Assembly (NCBI GenBank): GCA_965263355.1
Contig: CBDHHL010000032.1
Coordinates: 1,760,001-1,824,000, forward strand
DNA length: 64,000 bases
Reading direction: 5' to 3'
From: Leptolyngbyaceae cyanobacterium
GTDB taxonomy: Bacteria > Cyanobacteriota > Cyanobacteriia > Phormidesmidales > Phormidesmidaceae
A model generated the notes under the pieces. The model saw only the letters and a list, made by a program, of their open reading frames with translations. It had not been told where the DNA came from and made no database searches. The stretch's first letter is position 1. The number at the start of each line of letters is the position of its first letter. Positions 17,256-27,360 of the stretch are shown in pieces. The position numbers and the translations under genes are program-made.

Positions 17256-19057
17256 GGTTGTTTGTTAAGCGCAAACACATCAAAGGGGATGACGTCTGAC
17301 TCGGGCTTACGGGTATCAAAATAATAACTGGTGACGTTGCCTGTGCCCGTATCTAGAATGCTAAAGGCGGTAATATCATTGCTAGAAAGATAGGGTAATG
17401 GCTGGCCGGTCTCATCCTTGAATGGCTTTAGGCTGGGCACGATGGGGGTTAACCCATTAGGATCGCCAATAGCCTCATAGGTCTCTTTGTAACGATTATC
17501 GTTAGGCACCGGTCTAGGATTGTCGGCCATGTGAGCATTATAGGTATTACCCACATTCGAAGACTCCAAAAATTGCATCCCGCCATCACTCTCAAAGCGA
17601 TTCCATAGGTGGGAGTGACCATAAAACACCAGGTTTGTACCCGCCTCTTCTAACAGGGGCAACAAATACTTGACAATGTGATCGTCACCCTTAGGATATT
17701 CGTAGCGAATATCCGTGAGATTGCCATCATCATCATGGTCGTATACCGGTATGGGTGTGGTAAACGCAGGTACCACATTACCCCCCAGGCTATGGGGCGG
17801 ATGGTGCAGCATAACAATCTTATATTTAGCCTGTTGAAATGCCTCGCTAGCCAGTTCTTCTTTTAGCCATTCATACTGGGGACTACCCGGTTCAATACTT
17901 TCAAAAATCATGTGACCATGGCCCCAATTTTTCGGGTTATCCAGGTCAGCTTTTCGCTCTTGGTAGCGACCACGGGTGTCGTCATCCACCGTAAACATGC
18001 GCCATATCTGGGTCACATAAAGAGACACCAGGCGCACATCCCCAAAAGTGGTGGCATAGTAACGCTGGGTTTCACCATCACCACGGGGAGTCTTAGGCAA
18101 CGAAAAGATCTCGTTATAGGTATCGATATTAAACGAGTTGTTTTTTAGCCACCGTTGTTCTACCCCAGGCGTATCAGTAGGGTTAAACACGTTTTTATAC
18201 TGGTCATAGAGAGTTTTAGCAGCGTCCCAGGGCACAGGGTCGTTAAACTGGTCATTTAGACCATTGGTGTTGCTGTAGCGTCCCATCACCTCATGGTTGC
18301 CCACTGCCGTAAATAGGGGGGCATTTTGAATCAGCTGACCGCCCCGGTATACGGTGCTAGTACCCTCTTTTTCTAGGGTGTAGTTTCCACGCCCCTGTAA
18401 ACAAGGAAAAAATGCGCCTCCCCGCGCATCGTCAAACCATTCTGAGGCTCGATCTGGGATGTTGACCAGGTCTCCAGCTAAAAACACACCATCGATTTGA
18501 CCCATGGTTTCTTCTACTTTTTGTAGATTAGCAGCGGTCATGGGCATCAGCTGATGATCTGACGTCAGTAAGATCTTTAGGGGCTGACCGGCTGGCGGTA
18601 ATGCGCTTAAGGAAAACCGATCGCTTTGAATGGTATTGCCATCATCATCAGTGCTAACCACCCCATAGGGAACTTGTAAACCGGGGCGGAGGTTACGAAT
18701 TTCAGCTTCGTGTCGCCAAATGGGGCGCTCGGTTACTTGCTCGTAGGACTCAACAGTACTGGACTTGGCATCCTCACGGGTGCGGCTTAGCTGAGTTGTC
18801 GTTGCGGGGACGACCTCATCCGTGGGGCCGTAGATTACTTGGTGATCGCTGCCTTCAAATTCGGTAAACCAGACCACACGTACCGACGACTCGGTGGGCG
18901 ATTGCAGAAATGGATCCGTGAGTAGGGTAGCTTTGGGAGGCATAGACGTTGGCTGCAGGGGTGCTATCGGTACATTGCTTAACTGTACAAATAACACCAC
19001 ACCCAGGGAAAACAATAGTCCCAAGGCTACTAATGTTCCGGTTTTGGCTCGGGCCAT
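17252..19057 (-). CDS. purple-acid-phosphatase-like metallophosphoesterase with N-terminal FN3-like domain
   Basis: N-terminal TM; SDHQ, AGDLV, VGNHE, LHHPP, YGHSH. Confidence 0.85.
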   Translation of the reverse strand: MARAKTGTLVALGLLFSLGVVLFVQLSNVPIAPLQPTSMPPKATLLTDPFLQSPTESSVRVVWFTEFEGSDHQVIYGPTDEVVPATTTQLSRTREDAKSSTVESYEQVTERPIWRHEAEIRNLRPGLQVPYGVVSTDDDGNTIQSDRFSLSALPPAGQPLKILLTSDHQLMPMTAANLQKVEETMGQIDGVFLAGDLVNIPDRASEWFDDARGGAFFPCLQGRGNYTLEKEGTSTVYRGGQLIQNAPLFTAVGNHEVMGRYSNTNGLNDQFNDPVPWDAAKTLYDQYKNVFNPTDTPGVEQRWLKNNSFNIDTYNEIFSLPKTPRGDGETQRYYATTFGDVRLVSLYVTQIWRMFTVDDDTRGRYQERKADLDNPKNWGHGHMIFESIEPGSPQYEWLKEELASEAFQQAKYKIVMLHHPPHSLGGNVVPAFTTPIPVYDHDDDGNLTDIRYEYPKGDDHIVKYLLPLLEEAGTNLVFYGHSHLWNRFESDGGMQFLESSNVGNTYNAHMADNPRPVPNDNRYKETYEAIGDPNGLTPIVPSLKPFKDETGQPLPYLSSNDITAFSILDTGTGNVTSYYFDTRKPESDVIPFDVFALNKQP

Positions 19058-19335
19058 GGAAAATTCCTGGATAGTGACCGATATCTAAGTGACTGATATC
19101 AATGCGATTTACTGTTCGCTAATTTACCCTGTGAACGGTCATAAGAGTTCTCTATCCATACCCAATTGAAAAATTGTCTAAAGCGGTCTCTACCTTTTAA
19201 TTCTAAGAGGAATGATAGATGGGGGATAAGGGGACGACCTAAGCAGGGTGACATTCTTTATTTAGCTGATTTTTTATCCAAAATTTAACACTGGCTAAGT
19301 ATTAATATTTGACGGTTTATTTTTACAGGGTATAG

Positions 19336-20169
19336 ATGGCCAAGCTGCGCCTGCCAAAATTAAATAGCTGGGTGACAACCTTGGTCTTAGCGTCCATCGG
19401 TTTACATGGCCTGGTGCTGGCATTGCCGATGCCAGATTTGGTGGTCGAAACCCCTGAAACCCCTGAAATTACTGATCCAGAAGTGATTCAGGTAGTAACC
19501 TTGCCCAAGTTGGCAAAGGCTGCTGAACCGTCTGAATCTTCCGAACCGCTACTGCCAGAACCTGAGGACCCCCTACCTGAGGAACCGCCATTTAGGGAAG
19601 CGCCAGTGGAAGAAATCGTGCTAGCGGATCCAGAGATATTGGACGAGATTGAACCTGAACTGGACGACTTTATTGAAGACGAATGGGAGCAGGAGCCAGA
19701 CATTGAACCTAATCCAGTGGGTGTAGATGAGGAGTTGAGGGATGAAGAGCCCATTGAGCTGACGCTAGATCAGCGCATGGCAAGTCTTGATAGCTACAGC
19801 AATTTTGACGGTATGCGGGTTGGGGATGGGGTAGCCGCAACTCGACTTGGTGAAATATCACTGCAGGGGGGGGGCTGGCCCAGCCCTTTTCGAGAGTTAG
19901 AACAGGGCTTGGTTGCCGTTATGGTCCCGCTGCAGGATTGTTTAGAGGAACCGCCAGGAACCTCGGTAAGTTTTATCGTTGAAGTAGGGCCTGATGGCAT
20001 GTTAACCGGTGACCCAGAACCCTTAAACAGTGCCGGATATGAGGTGTTGGATGAAAAAGCACTAGAGATTGCTCGTAATGCAGATTATGCTGCATATCAT
20101 CCAGCCGGTGAGACAAAGGCTTACTCCTTCGCCATCCAGATTGAGTATGAAGCTTGTATTCCAACGTAG
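19336..20169 (+). CDS. TonB-like protein (N-terminal anchor, Pro/Glu-rich linker, TonB C-terminal-like domain)
   Basis: SIGLHG TM motif, EP-rich spacer, VGPDG...SAGYEVLDEKALE. Confidence 0.65.
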   Translation: MAKLRLPKLNSWVTTLVLASIGLHGLVLALPMPDLVVETPETPEITDPEVIQVVTLPKLAKAAEPSESSEPLLPEPEDPLPEEPPFREAPVEEIVLADPEILDEIEPELDDFIEDEWEQEPDIEPNPVGVDEELRDEEPIELTLDQRMASLDSYSNFDGMRVGDGVAATRLGEISLQGGGWPSPFRELEQGLVAVMVPLQDCLEEPPGTSVSFIVEVGPDGMLTGDPEPLNSAGYEVLDEKALEIARNADYAAYHPAGETKAYSFAIQIEYEACIPT

Positions 20170-20213
20170 AGTGCTGTTAGCGAAGCGTAACGCACCCAAT
20201 TAAGGGGATATGC

Positions 20214-21788
20214 CTAACCAATACCCAGACGTCCAGCCAAGCTCGGACTCAAAGGAATTAATGTGGCCAACATTAAAAACAGAATCAGCAATGCCAGAGC
20301 AGCACGGGCGTCATCCGGCTCGGTAATATCGTCTGTACAAGGCCGTTCTTCACCACGCTGTAGAAATAAGATGAGGGCTCCCCAGTAAAGGGCGAGGGGG
20401 TTACCCAGGGCGATGAGAATTAGGATAATCAGGGTAACAGCGGTAGCTCGTCCGGCAATTTTGCGACCGTAGATGGATTGGACAATGCGACCACCATCAA
20501 TACGTCCAGCAGGCATAATATTCAGGGCTGTGATCACCATGCCCAACCACCCCATCAGCACCAGCGGATCCACATCCACCAGGGTCGAGTTTTGCAGGGC
20601 ATCCCCTAAAACAGCACGGGCCAGGGTACCAACCAGGACAGACTCTTGGAAAAACTCAACAGGTAATTGGTAATAGCTACCGGGATGGGAGAGTATCAGC
20701 CCTAATATCAGCATTGCTAAGGAGAGCAAACCGCCTGCTGCTGGACCGGCAAAGGAGATGTCGAAGAGTACCGTGCGATTGGGGAGAATGGACTCAAATC
20801 GAGTGAGTGCACCAAAGGCACCGATTTGCCAGGCGGGTAAGGTAAAGGGAGGGCTGAGTTTGACGTTGTAGCGCCTGGCCTGCCAGCGATGGCCCAGTTC
20901 ATGGACAACCAGGACCGAGAGAACGGCTAGGGCAATGGGGAGCACCTCTGGCCAGCGTTGAGGCTCGTCAAATAGGTTAAAGTCTTTAAGTAGGGCACCG
21001 GTTTCTAGACTGGTGATAAATGTTGCGATCGCAAGCGCCACAGCTAAAATTTTCTGCCGTAAATCTGACGGTTTTGGATCCGTGTCACCCGGTAACACAA
21101 TCACCGCAGGTCGATCCTCAGGGCCGGTAATCAAAAATAACCGGTAGCGATCGCCAAAGCGTTTTTCTAGCTGGGCTACTAAAGTCTTGGCAGTGGCCTC
21201 GGCCTCACCCCGCAAATTGCCCTTAAAGAAAACCCCGGACGGGTAAGGCACCGTTTCGGTTCTAAAAAAGGTATCCATGCCGAAAATAGCCTCAATCTCG
21301 GGCAGATCTGCGTCGGGAATGGCCGGGACCGGGGTCAGGGCATCGGCACTGGCTGGTGTGGCTGTATCTGCACCAGATGCGTCAGCATTCACCTCGGTTG
21401 AGGATGCTAAATCCGACGCCATATTTTCAGTAGAAGTATCAGTGGTGGCTACCTCTACTGGCGTTTCATCTGAGGGCGAGTCTGGCATAGCGTCTTGACT
21501 TTGGGTGTCTTGGCTTTGGGGTTTATTCTGGGGAGCCGCTTTAGCTAAGATTCTTAACTGTCGCCCTAAAAAGATATATAAGCCAGTGGAAACCACAATG
21601 GCGGTCAATACCCAGGCAATATTCAGATAGATACCAAAGGTAAATAACCCAAAAAACACCAGCCAGGGCACCATTAACACCACTGACTGTAGCCAAGCAA
21701 AAATTCCTAGCTTGCCATCGGGACGGGCTCGGATAAACCCCCAAATCAAAATGCCAACTGCGGCTAATAAGATTAAAACCGTCACCAT
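20214..21788 (-). CDS. site-2 protease (M50, EGY-like) membrane metalloprotease
   Basis: HELGH, FAGP, NIMPAGRIDGGRI, multiple TM helices. Confidence 0.92.
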   Translation of the reverse strand: MVTVLILLAAVGILIWGFIRARPDGKLGIFAWLQSVVLMVPWLVFFGLFTFGIYLNIAWVLTAIVVSTGLYIFLGRQLRILAKAAPQNKPQSQDTQSQDAMPDSPSDETPVEVATTDTSTENMASDLASSTEVNADASGADTATPASADALTPVPAIPDADLPEIEAIFGMDTFFRTETVPYPSGVFFKGNLRGEAEATAKTLVAQLEKRFGDRYRLFLITGPEDRPAVIVLPGDTDPKPSDLRQKILAVALAIATFITSLETGALLKDFNLFDEPQRWPEVLPIALAVLSVLVVHELGHRWQARRYNVKLSPPFTLPAWQIGAFGALTRFESILPNRTVLFDISFAGPAAGGLLSLAMLILGLILSHPGSYYQLPVEFFQESVLVGTLARAVLGDALQNSTLVDVDPLVLMGWLGMVITALNIMPAGRIDGGRIVQSIYGRKIAGRATAVTLIILILIALGNPLALYWGALILFLQRGEERPCTDDITEPDDARAALALLILFLMLATLIPLSPSLAGRLGIG

Positions 21789-21952
21789 TGCCCAGAAATC
21801 CCGAGAACACCATCGAAACCCTTGATATACCTAAAAATCTAGGTTAGGTGTATCAAAAGGTTCAAGATATCACGGCACCAAAGAAAAAACCAATAACTTA
21901 CTCCTTTAGGGCTTACCTACCTGCAATCTAAGGCAATCAGGAGCATTGAGTT

Positions 21953-23004
21953 ATGAAAAATAGCTTGCAGTGGCATAGACCGTCGGGGCCTTGGATACTA
22001 AGTACCTGTTTTCTAGCGGGCGCTGCCTTTAGCTGGAATCCACCAGTAAAGGCCGACAGTTTTGTGGTTCCTGACAATACCTTAGGAGCAGAAAATTCAG
22101 TCGTAAATGAGCTAGATGGCCTAACGCAGATCGTTGAGGGCGGTGCCATCCGAGAGAGTAATCTTTTCCATAACTTTTTAGAGTTTAACGTCGCCGACAG
22201 TCATGCGGTGTACTTTGCCAACCCGGTAACGGTTGAGTCAATTCTGACACGGGTAACCGGGGATAACCCATCGACTATTTTGGGCCGATTGGGAGTACTG
22301 GGGGACGCCGATCTGTTTTTACTAAATCCCAATGGCATTGTATTTGGCGAAGGGGACTTTCCATTACCACTAACAATCTTTCCGTACAGAATGGTGCCTC
22401 ATTAGGTGCTAGCACGTTTGGCCAGGGTAACTCAGGGCCAGTAGAGATTGTGGCAACAGGCGACATTGTGGTCGATGGCGCAGATTCTTTTCTTACTAGT
22501 GCAGTTAACTCGAGTGCAGCCGGTAATAGTGGCGGTATTTCTATCATCACTGACAATCTCTCTGTACTCAACGATGCAACAGTTACTGCCAGCACATTTG
22601 GTGAGGGTAACTCAGGGCCAGTAGAGATTGTGGCAACAGGCGATATTGTGGTCGATGGCGCAGATTCTTTTCTTACTAGTGCAGTTAACTCGAGTGCAGC
22701 CGATAATAGTGGCGGTATTTCTATCATCACTGACAATCTCTCCGCCTTAAATGGGGCTGCTGTAACCACTCGTACAGACAACGATGGGACGGCTGGCGTT
22801 TTAAGCTTACAATCTAATCCCAATGCTGACCTGACTATTGTGTTATCAGAAGGGGTCTCCATTAACGCCCTGACCAATAGTCCGGAAGATGGAGGCGATC
22901 TAATTATCAGCAGTGGTGGTGCGCTGACAATTCAAGGCCCAGGTAAACTGACCACTGAAAGTGAGGTGGCTCTATCTCGCCCAGGGTTCAAAACCCAGGG
23001 CTAA
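21953..23004 (+). pseudogene. filamentous haemagglutinin (TpsA) family protein, internally deleted, frameshifted and truncated
   Basis: Secretion domain NLFHNF...ILTRVTG...LLNPNGIVFG; frame switches near 22355 into ITTNNLSV repeats; ends at a palindromic element near 22978-23004. Confidence 0.8.
22408..22742 (+). repeat. 180-bp tandem repeat (about 2 units) in the haemagglutinin remnant
   Basis: GGTAACTCAGGGCCAGTAGAGATTGTGGCAACAGGCGA... repeated at a 180-bp offset. Confidence 0.9.
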
Positions 23005-23140
23005 TAGGATCAAAACCTACTAAAGGGGTTAATAAGCTTGTAGACAGTCCCAAAGGGAATTTTGTAAAGAATAAAGTAATGGCAAACACCCTTTCAGGTT
23101 AAACTCGACACCGCGAAGCCTGCTGCCGATTTACGTTACT

Positions 23141-24412
23141 ATGAGCGCTCAAGAGCCGTTTGATCGTACTGCTATGTCAGCAGAGTCGATGCCTCAGACT
23201 CCAAAAGCATCGGAAACCTTTACCGTTGACTACAATCCCGATCCTGATTTTGCACCCCTGGCAGACCATCATCATGCCGAAGCGATCGCGACGGTACCCC
23301 TCAACTCACCGATAAAAGTGTCTGTGCCATTATTGATTGCGATCGCATCCACCCTAATCACCATTATCGGATTAATCTTAAACAGCGTTTGGCTGATTTC
23401 CTTTGGCTCTCTAGTTGCCCTGGTCATTTCCATCCGTTTGGCAATGCCCACCCTGCGAGCAATTGTCCACGACCTATCACCCGAGCAACGATCATTAATT
23501 CTTTCCATTCCCGGACTAACCTTAGGCATTTACGGCTTGATGCAGGTCAGTGGCCTCAATGCCAGTCTGCTAAAGTGGGGCGCAACCCTACGCTGGGATG
23601 CCATCGGTGCCCTGGGCGATTTCCTAGGCGCCCTGGGCCAAATCTTTATCGCCATTTTGGCCCTCTATGTCGCCTGGCGGCAGTTTATAATTTCCCGCGA
23701 TTTAACCACCCAGCAAAATTTAATCACCCAGCAGCAAACCATTGATGCCTATTTCCAAGGCATTTCAGAACTCGTACTGGACGACGAAGGCCTACTCGAA
23801 GACTGGCCCCAGGAACGCATCATTGCAGAAGCCCGCACCGCCGCTATTTTGGGCGGTATCGATGGGGATGGCAAAGCCAAAGTTTTACGATTTCTATCGC
23901 GCTCTAAACTCCTCACTCCCCTGGCCCGCGATCAGCGCTTAGGACGTCCCATATTGGACGGATCCGGCGGTTATGCAGAGGACCGTCTCAACGGCACCAG
24001 GGTAATTGACATTGGTGTCATGCTGGCAGCAGCAGACATCTCTGGTAACGACTTACGCTGGGTCGACCTAAGTGACATCAATTTGATCCGCTCTAACCTG
24101 GCCCAATGCAATCTAGTCCGTGCCGATTTTACCCGCACCGTTTTATGCGATGCCGATTTATCTGGCACCGACCTGATGGGCACTCGTTTCTTTTACGGCT
24201 CCCCTAACATCGCCACACCCCGTACCCGCAACGACGTCCCCAACTATGAAACCGGTGAATTTACCGGTGCTGTCGTAGAAGGTGTAGACCTATCCAATGT
24301 GCAACGACTATCTGAAGACCAGCGCTGTTATCTATGCGCCTGGGGTGGCAGCAAAACCCGAGCAACCATTCCCGGCGGCTGTCACGATATCCCAAATCGG
24401 TTAGGGCGATAA
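23141..24412 (+). CDS. membrane-anchored pentapeptide repeat protein
   Basis: Several N-terminal TM helices, QQTIDAYFQGISEL motif, C-terminal pentapeptide repeats. Confidence 0.85.
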   Translation: MSAQEPFDRTAMSAESMPQTPKASETFTVDYNPDPDFAPLADHHHAEAIATVPLNSPIKVSVPLLIAIASTLITIIGLILNSVWLISFGSLVALVISIRLAMPTLRAIVHDLSPEQRSLILSIPGLTLGIYGLMQVSGLNASLLKWGATLRWDAIGALGDFLGALGQIFIAILALYVAWRQFIISRDLTTQQNLITQQQTIDAYFQGISELVLDDEGLLEDWPQERIIAEARTAAILGGIDGDGKAKVLRFLSRSKLLTPLARDQRLGRPILDGSGGYAEDRLNGTRVIDIGVMLAAADISGNDLRWVDLSDINLIRSNLAQCNLVRADFTRTVLCDADLSGTDLMGTRFFYGSPNIATPRTRNDVPNYETGEFTGAVVEGVDLSNVQRLSEDQRCYLCAWGGSKTRATIPGGCHDIPNRLGR

Positions 24413-24442
24413 TTTCATAGTCAGCATTTCAGCACATGTCAA

Positions 24443-24482
24443 ATTCCCGTAGGAGCATTGCGTGTAATGCCCCTACGGGAAT
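24443..24482. repeat. GTAG-type REP palindrome / terminator
   Basis: ATTCCCGTAGGAGCATT-GCGTGT-AATGCCCCTACGGGAAT. Confidence 0.7.
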
Positions 24483-24616
24483 CAATTTATACACAAATTT
24501 TTTGTAAGGTTGCCTCAATTCCGGTGCAATTTATCTATCAACTAAACCAGGTTTGGGTAAATTTAGACTAGTGCATGTCGCTGTGTTCCTGTCTATTGCT
24601 CTTCTAATCACTGCCC

Positions 24617-26287
24617 ATGGTCTCAAAAAAGCGTAAGAAACGGTCTAAAAAACGATCGGTTGACACACCAGAACAACCCACACTCACAAATAAAGAACAA
24701 CGGGCAAAGGAGCGAGCCGCCGCTAAGGTACGCTCTAGCTTAATTCAGTTTACGATTCTTGCTTTTTTGGCCTCAGGTTTGGTAGGGCTGATGTTGGGTT
24801 TGATGATAGAACCCACATTTGGGATTGCTGCCACGGCTGGACTGCTATGCCTCAGCTTATCCTTTAAGTATCAGCGCTATGCGCTTTACGCCTTTATCAT
24901 CTACATCCCCTTTTCCGGCACCGTCACTTACATGCTGGGGGGCAATTCCTTATTGCAGTTAGCCAAAGACGCCTTCTATATACCAGCCTTAATCGGCGTT
25001 ATTCAGATGTGTCGCAAAAAACGTCTGAATATTTTATTGCCAGAAGCGGTCAAAATGCCGCTGGTGCTGGTGCTGGCAATTGTTATTCTCAATCTTTTGC
25101 TGATTAATCTACCTCAGCAATTTGAGGCGGGTGGAGATGAAAGCCCCTTAATGATGGGCATTCTGGGGCTTAAAATTCTGCTGGGGTATTTACCAGTGAT
25201 CACCTGTATTTACTACTTGATGCGCACCTCGGACGATCTTTACTTTTTGCTGCGGATGCAGGCGACGCTAGTACTGGTCGCTTGTGTTTTAGGCTTTACC
25301 CAATATTTGATGCTCAAAACCGGTATCTGTTCTGGCACCGAGGGGATTGGTGCCGAAGGGGTGGACCTGTTCAAAGCATCACTGCAGTCTCGCTGCTTTG
25401 TGGGTGGCTCGCTTCTATATAGTCCATCCCAGGGCCAAATTCGATTGCCAGGGACGTTTGTAGCACCTTGGCAATGGGGCTGGTTTTTAATCTCCAGTGC
25501 ATTTTTTAGCTTTGGTACCGCCTTTAACGATCGCTCACCCTTTTGGCGACTCATTGGTATCATTTCTTTAATCACTGTATTTGTCATGGCAGTGGTTTCT
25601 GGCCAGCGAATTGCGTTATTTTTAGTTCCCCTTGCTGTGGGTGTGCTGAGTGTGATGACCGGGCAAGTGGCTAACCTAAAACGATTTTTACCCATTGGTG
25701 TGATTTTAGGGTTGATCCTGGTAGGGCTAACCGTTCGTAACCCAGAACTTATGCAGGAGCGGATCGATAGCTTTCAGGCACGGTGGAATGCCTCGCCTCC
25801 CCATGTCTTTGTTATTCAGCAGTTTTCAGAGGTGATTGAGGCTCAAGACGGTATTTTAGGAAATGGTGTGGCTCGAGCTACCAACGGAGCCCGTATATTT
25901 GGTAAAGTTCGCCTGGTAGAAACGTATCACCCTAAACTGCTCTACGAACTGGGACCGTTGGGTTTGTTCTTTATGTTGCTGCTGTATACATCCTTGAGCG
26001 TAGCCACCTTTAAGGCCTATCGAAAAACCAGGGATAAAAACCTACGGGGCTATGCGGCATCCATGTGGGTATTTGTCTTATTTATTAGTTTCTTTCCCTA
26101 TTACTATCCCCTGGATGTTGACCCAGTCTCTGTTTACTACTGGTTAGCAGCGGGTATTGCGCTGAAGATTCCCACCTTGGACAAACAGGAGCGGGAATTA
26201 GCTAACCCGAAGAAAAAGCGGCGGTTGCGATCGCGTAAGCAACCGTTATTGGAAAATACAGCCCAAGAAGAACCTCAACCGGTCTGA
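24617..26287 (+). CDS. hpsL: hormogonium polysaccharide biosynthesis protein HpsL (O-antigen ligase/polymerase-like)
   Basis: Basic N-terminus, multi-TM, IRLPGTFVAPWQWGWFL, YYYPLDVDP; upstream of the GT cluster. Confidence 0.8.
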   Translation: MVSKKRKKRSKKRSVDTPEQPTLTNKEQRAKERAAAKVRSSLIQFTILAFLASGLVGLMLGLMIEPTFGIAATAGLLCLSLSFKYQRYALYAFIIYIPFSGTVTYMLGGNSLLQLAKDAFYIPALIGVIQMCRKKRLNILLPEAVKMPLVLVLAIVILNLLLINLPQQFEAGGDESPLMMGILGLKILLGYLPVITCIYYLMRTSDDLYFLLRMQATLVLVACVLGFTQYLMLKTGICSGTEGIGAEGVDLFKASLQSRCFVGGSLLYSPSQGQIRLPGTFVAPWQWGWFLISSAFFSFGTAFNDRSPFWRLIGIISLITVFVMAVVSGQRIALFLVPLAVGVLSVMTGQVANLKRFLPIGVILGLILVGLTVRNPELMQERIDSFQARWNASPPHVFVIQQFSEVIEAQDGILGNGVARATNGARIFGKVRLVETYHPKLLYELGPLGLFFMLLLYTSLSVATFKAYRKTRDKNLRGYAASMWVFVLFISFFPYYYPLDVDPVSVYYWLAAGIALKIPTLDKQERELANPKKKRRLRSRKQPLLENTAQEEPQPV

Positions 26288-26330
26288 GATATTTTCCCAC
26301 CGATAACCCAACCCTTTATTTCCTATAGCT

Positions 26331-27353
26331 ATGGCTTCAGAACTGTTTATTTCCGTTGTCATTCCCACCTACAGTCGAGAAGCTGTTCTCTGCAGCACCA
26401 TTGACAATGTCCTACAACAAACCTATCCAGCGTTTGAGGTAATTATTGTCGATCAAACCCAAACCCATGAACCCGCAACGGTAGAGTTTCTCAATAGCTT
26501 AAAAACAAACCCTAAAGTGACGCTGTACACCGTCGACTGGGCCAGTTTGCCCGCTGCTCGTAACTATGCGGTAGAGAGGTCCCACGGCGATATCATTCTA
26601 TTTTTAGATGACGATGTAGAACTCCCTGAGGGGTTCTTAGCAGCCCATGCCCAAAATTATCAAACCCATTCGGACATTGGAGCAGTGGCTGGACGCGTCT
26701 TTGACCGGATGAAGCTAGCCGAGTCCAATTCAGCTAAACGGATTGAAACCCTGCCACCAGAAGCCATGGACCCAGGTATTGCCTGGTACCACATTGATCT
26801 GGTGCATACAATCAAACCCCAGCAGGTCCTTACCGCCCGAGGCTGTAATATGTCATTTCGCCGTGATGTCTTTGATTCCCATGGATTACGGTTTGATGAA
26901 CGCTTCCAGGGCAGCGCCGTACGAGAAGAATCGGACTTTTGCCTACGGTTTCGACGCACGGGGCTAAAAATTTGGTACGACCCAGAGGCCAATCTTATTC
27001 ACCTGGGTGAAGAAACTGGCGGCTGTCACGATATCGATACGCGATCGTTGAAATACCAGCTGACGTTTTATCACAATCATTTTTTAATGGCGTTAAAAAA
27101 TCTCACCCCCTGGCAGCTGCTCAGACTGTCGGGACGGTTGTTTGACTGCCATGTCCTGGGTAATCCCCCCTGTAACAAAAGTGGTTCCCCGATAAAAGTT
27201 ATTAGTCGTTTTGGGTTTTATACCCTCGGCTTTTTACAAGCCTGTTGGACACTGATTACCACCTTTAACAGCAAGGGTCGTCTGTTCAGTTTACCTGCCC
27301 AAACCATGCCTGAGGTGAAACATTTAGATGTAACGTCGTTAACAGAGGCGTAA
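26331..27353 (+). CDS. hpsN: GT2 glycosyltransferase HpsN
   Basis: SVVIPTY, FLDDD, ARGCNMSFRR, REESDFC; synteny with hpsL/O. Confidence 0.8.
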   Translation: MASELFISVVIPTYSREAVLCSTIDNVLQQTYPAFEVIIVDQTQTHEPATVEFLNSLKTNPKVTLYTVDWASLPAARNYAVERSHGDIILFLDDDVELPEGFLAAHAQNYQTHSDIGAVAGRVFDRMKLAESNSAKRIETLPPEAMDPGIAWYHIDLVHTIKPQQVLTARGCNMSFRRDVFDSHGLRFDERFQGSAVREESDFCLRFRRTGLKIWYDPEANLIHLGEETGGCHDIDTRSLKYQLTFYHNHFLMALKNLTPWQLLRLSGRLFDCHVLGNPPCNKSGSPIKVISRFGFYTLGFLQACWTLITTFNSKGRLFSLPAQTMPEVKHLDVTSLTEA

Positions 27354-27360
27354 TCTAACC

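Noticed and set aside
22275..22877. 200-aa minus-strand ORF with repeats
   Set aside because: Antisense shadow of the haemagglutinin repeats.
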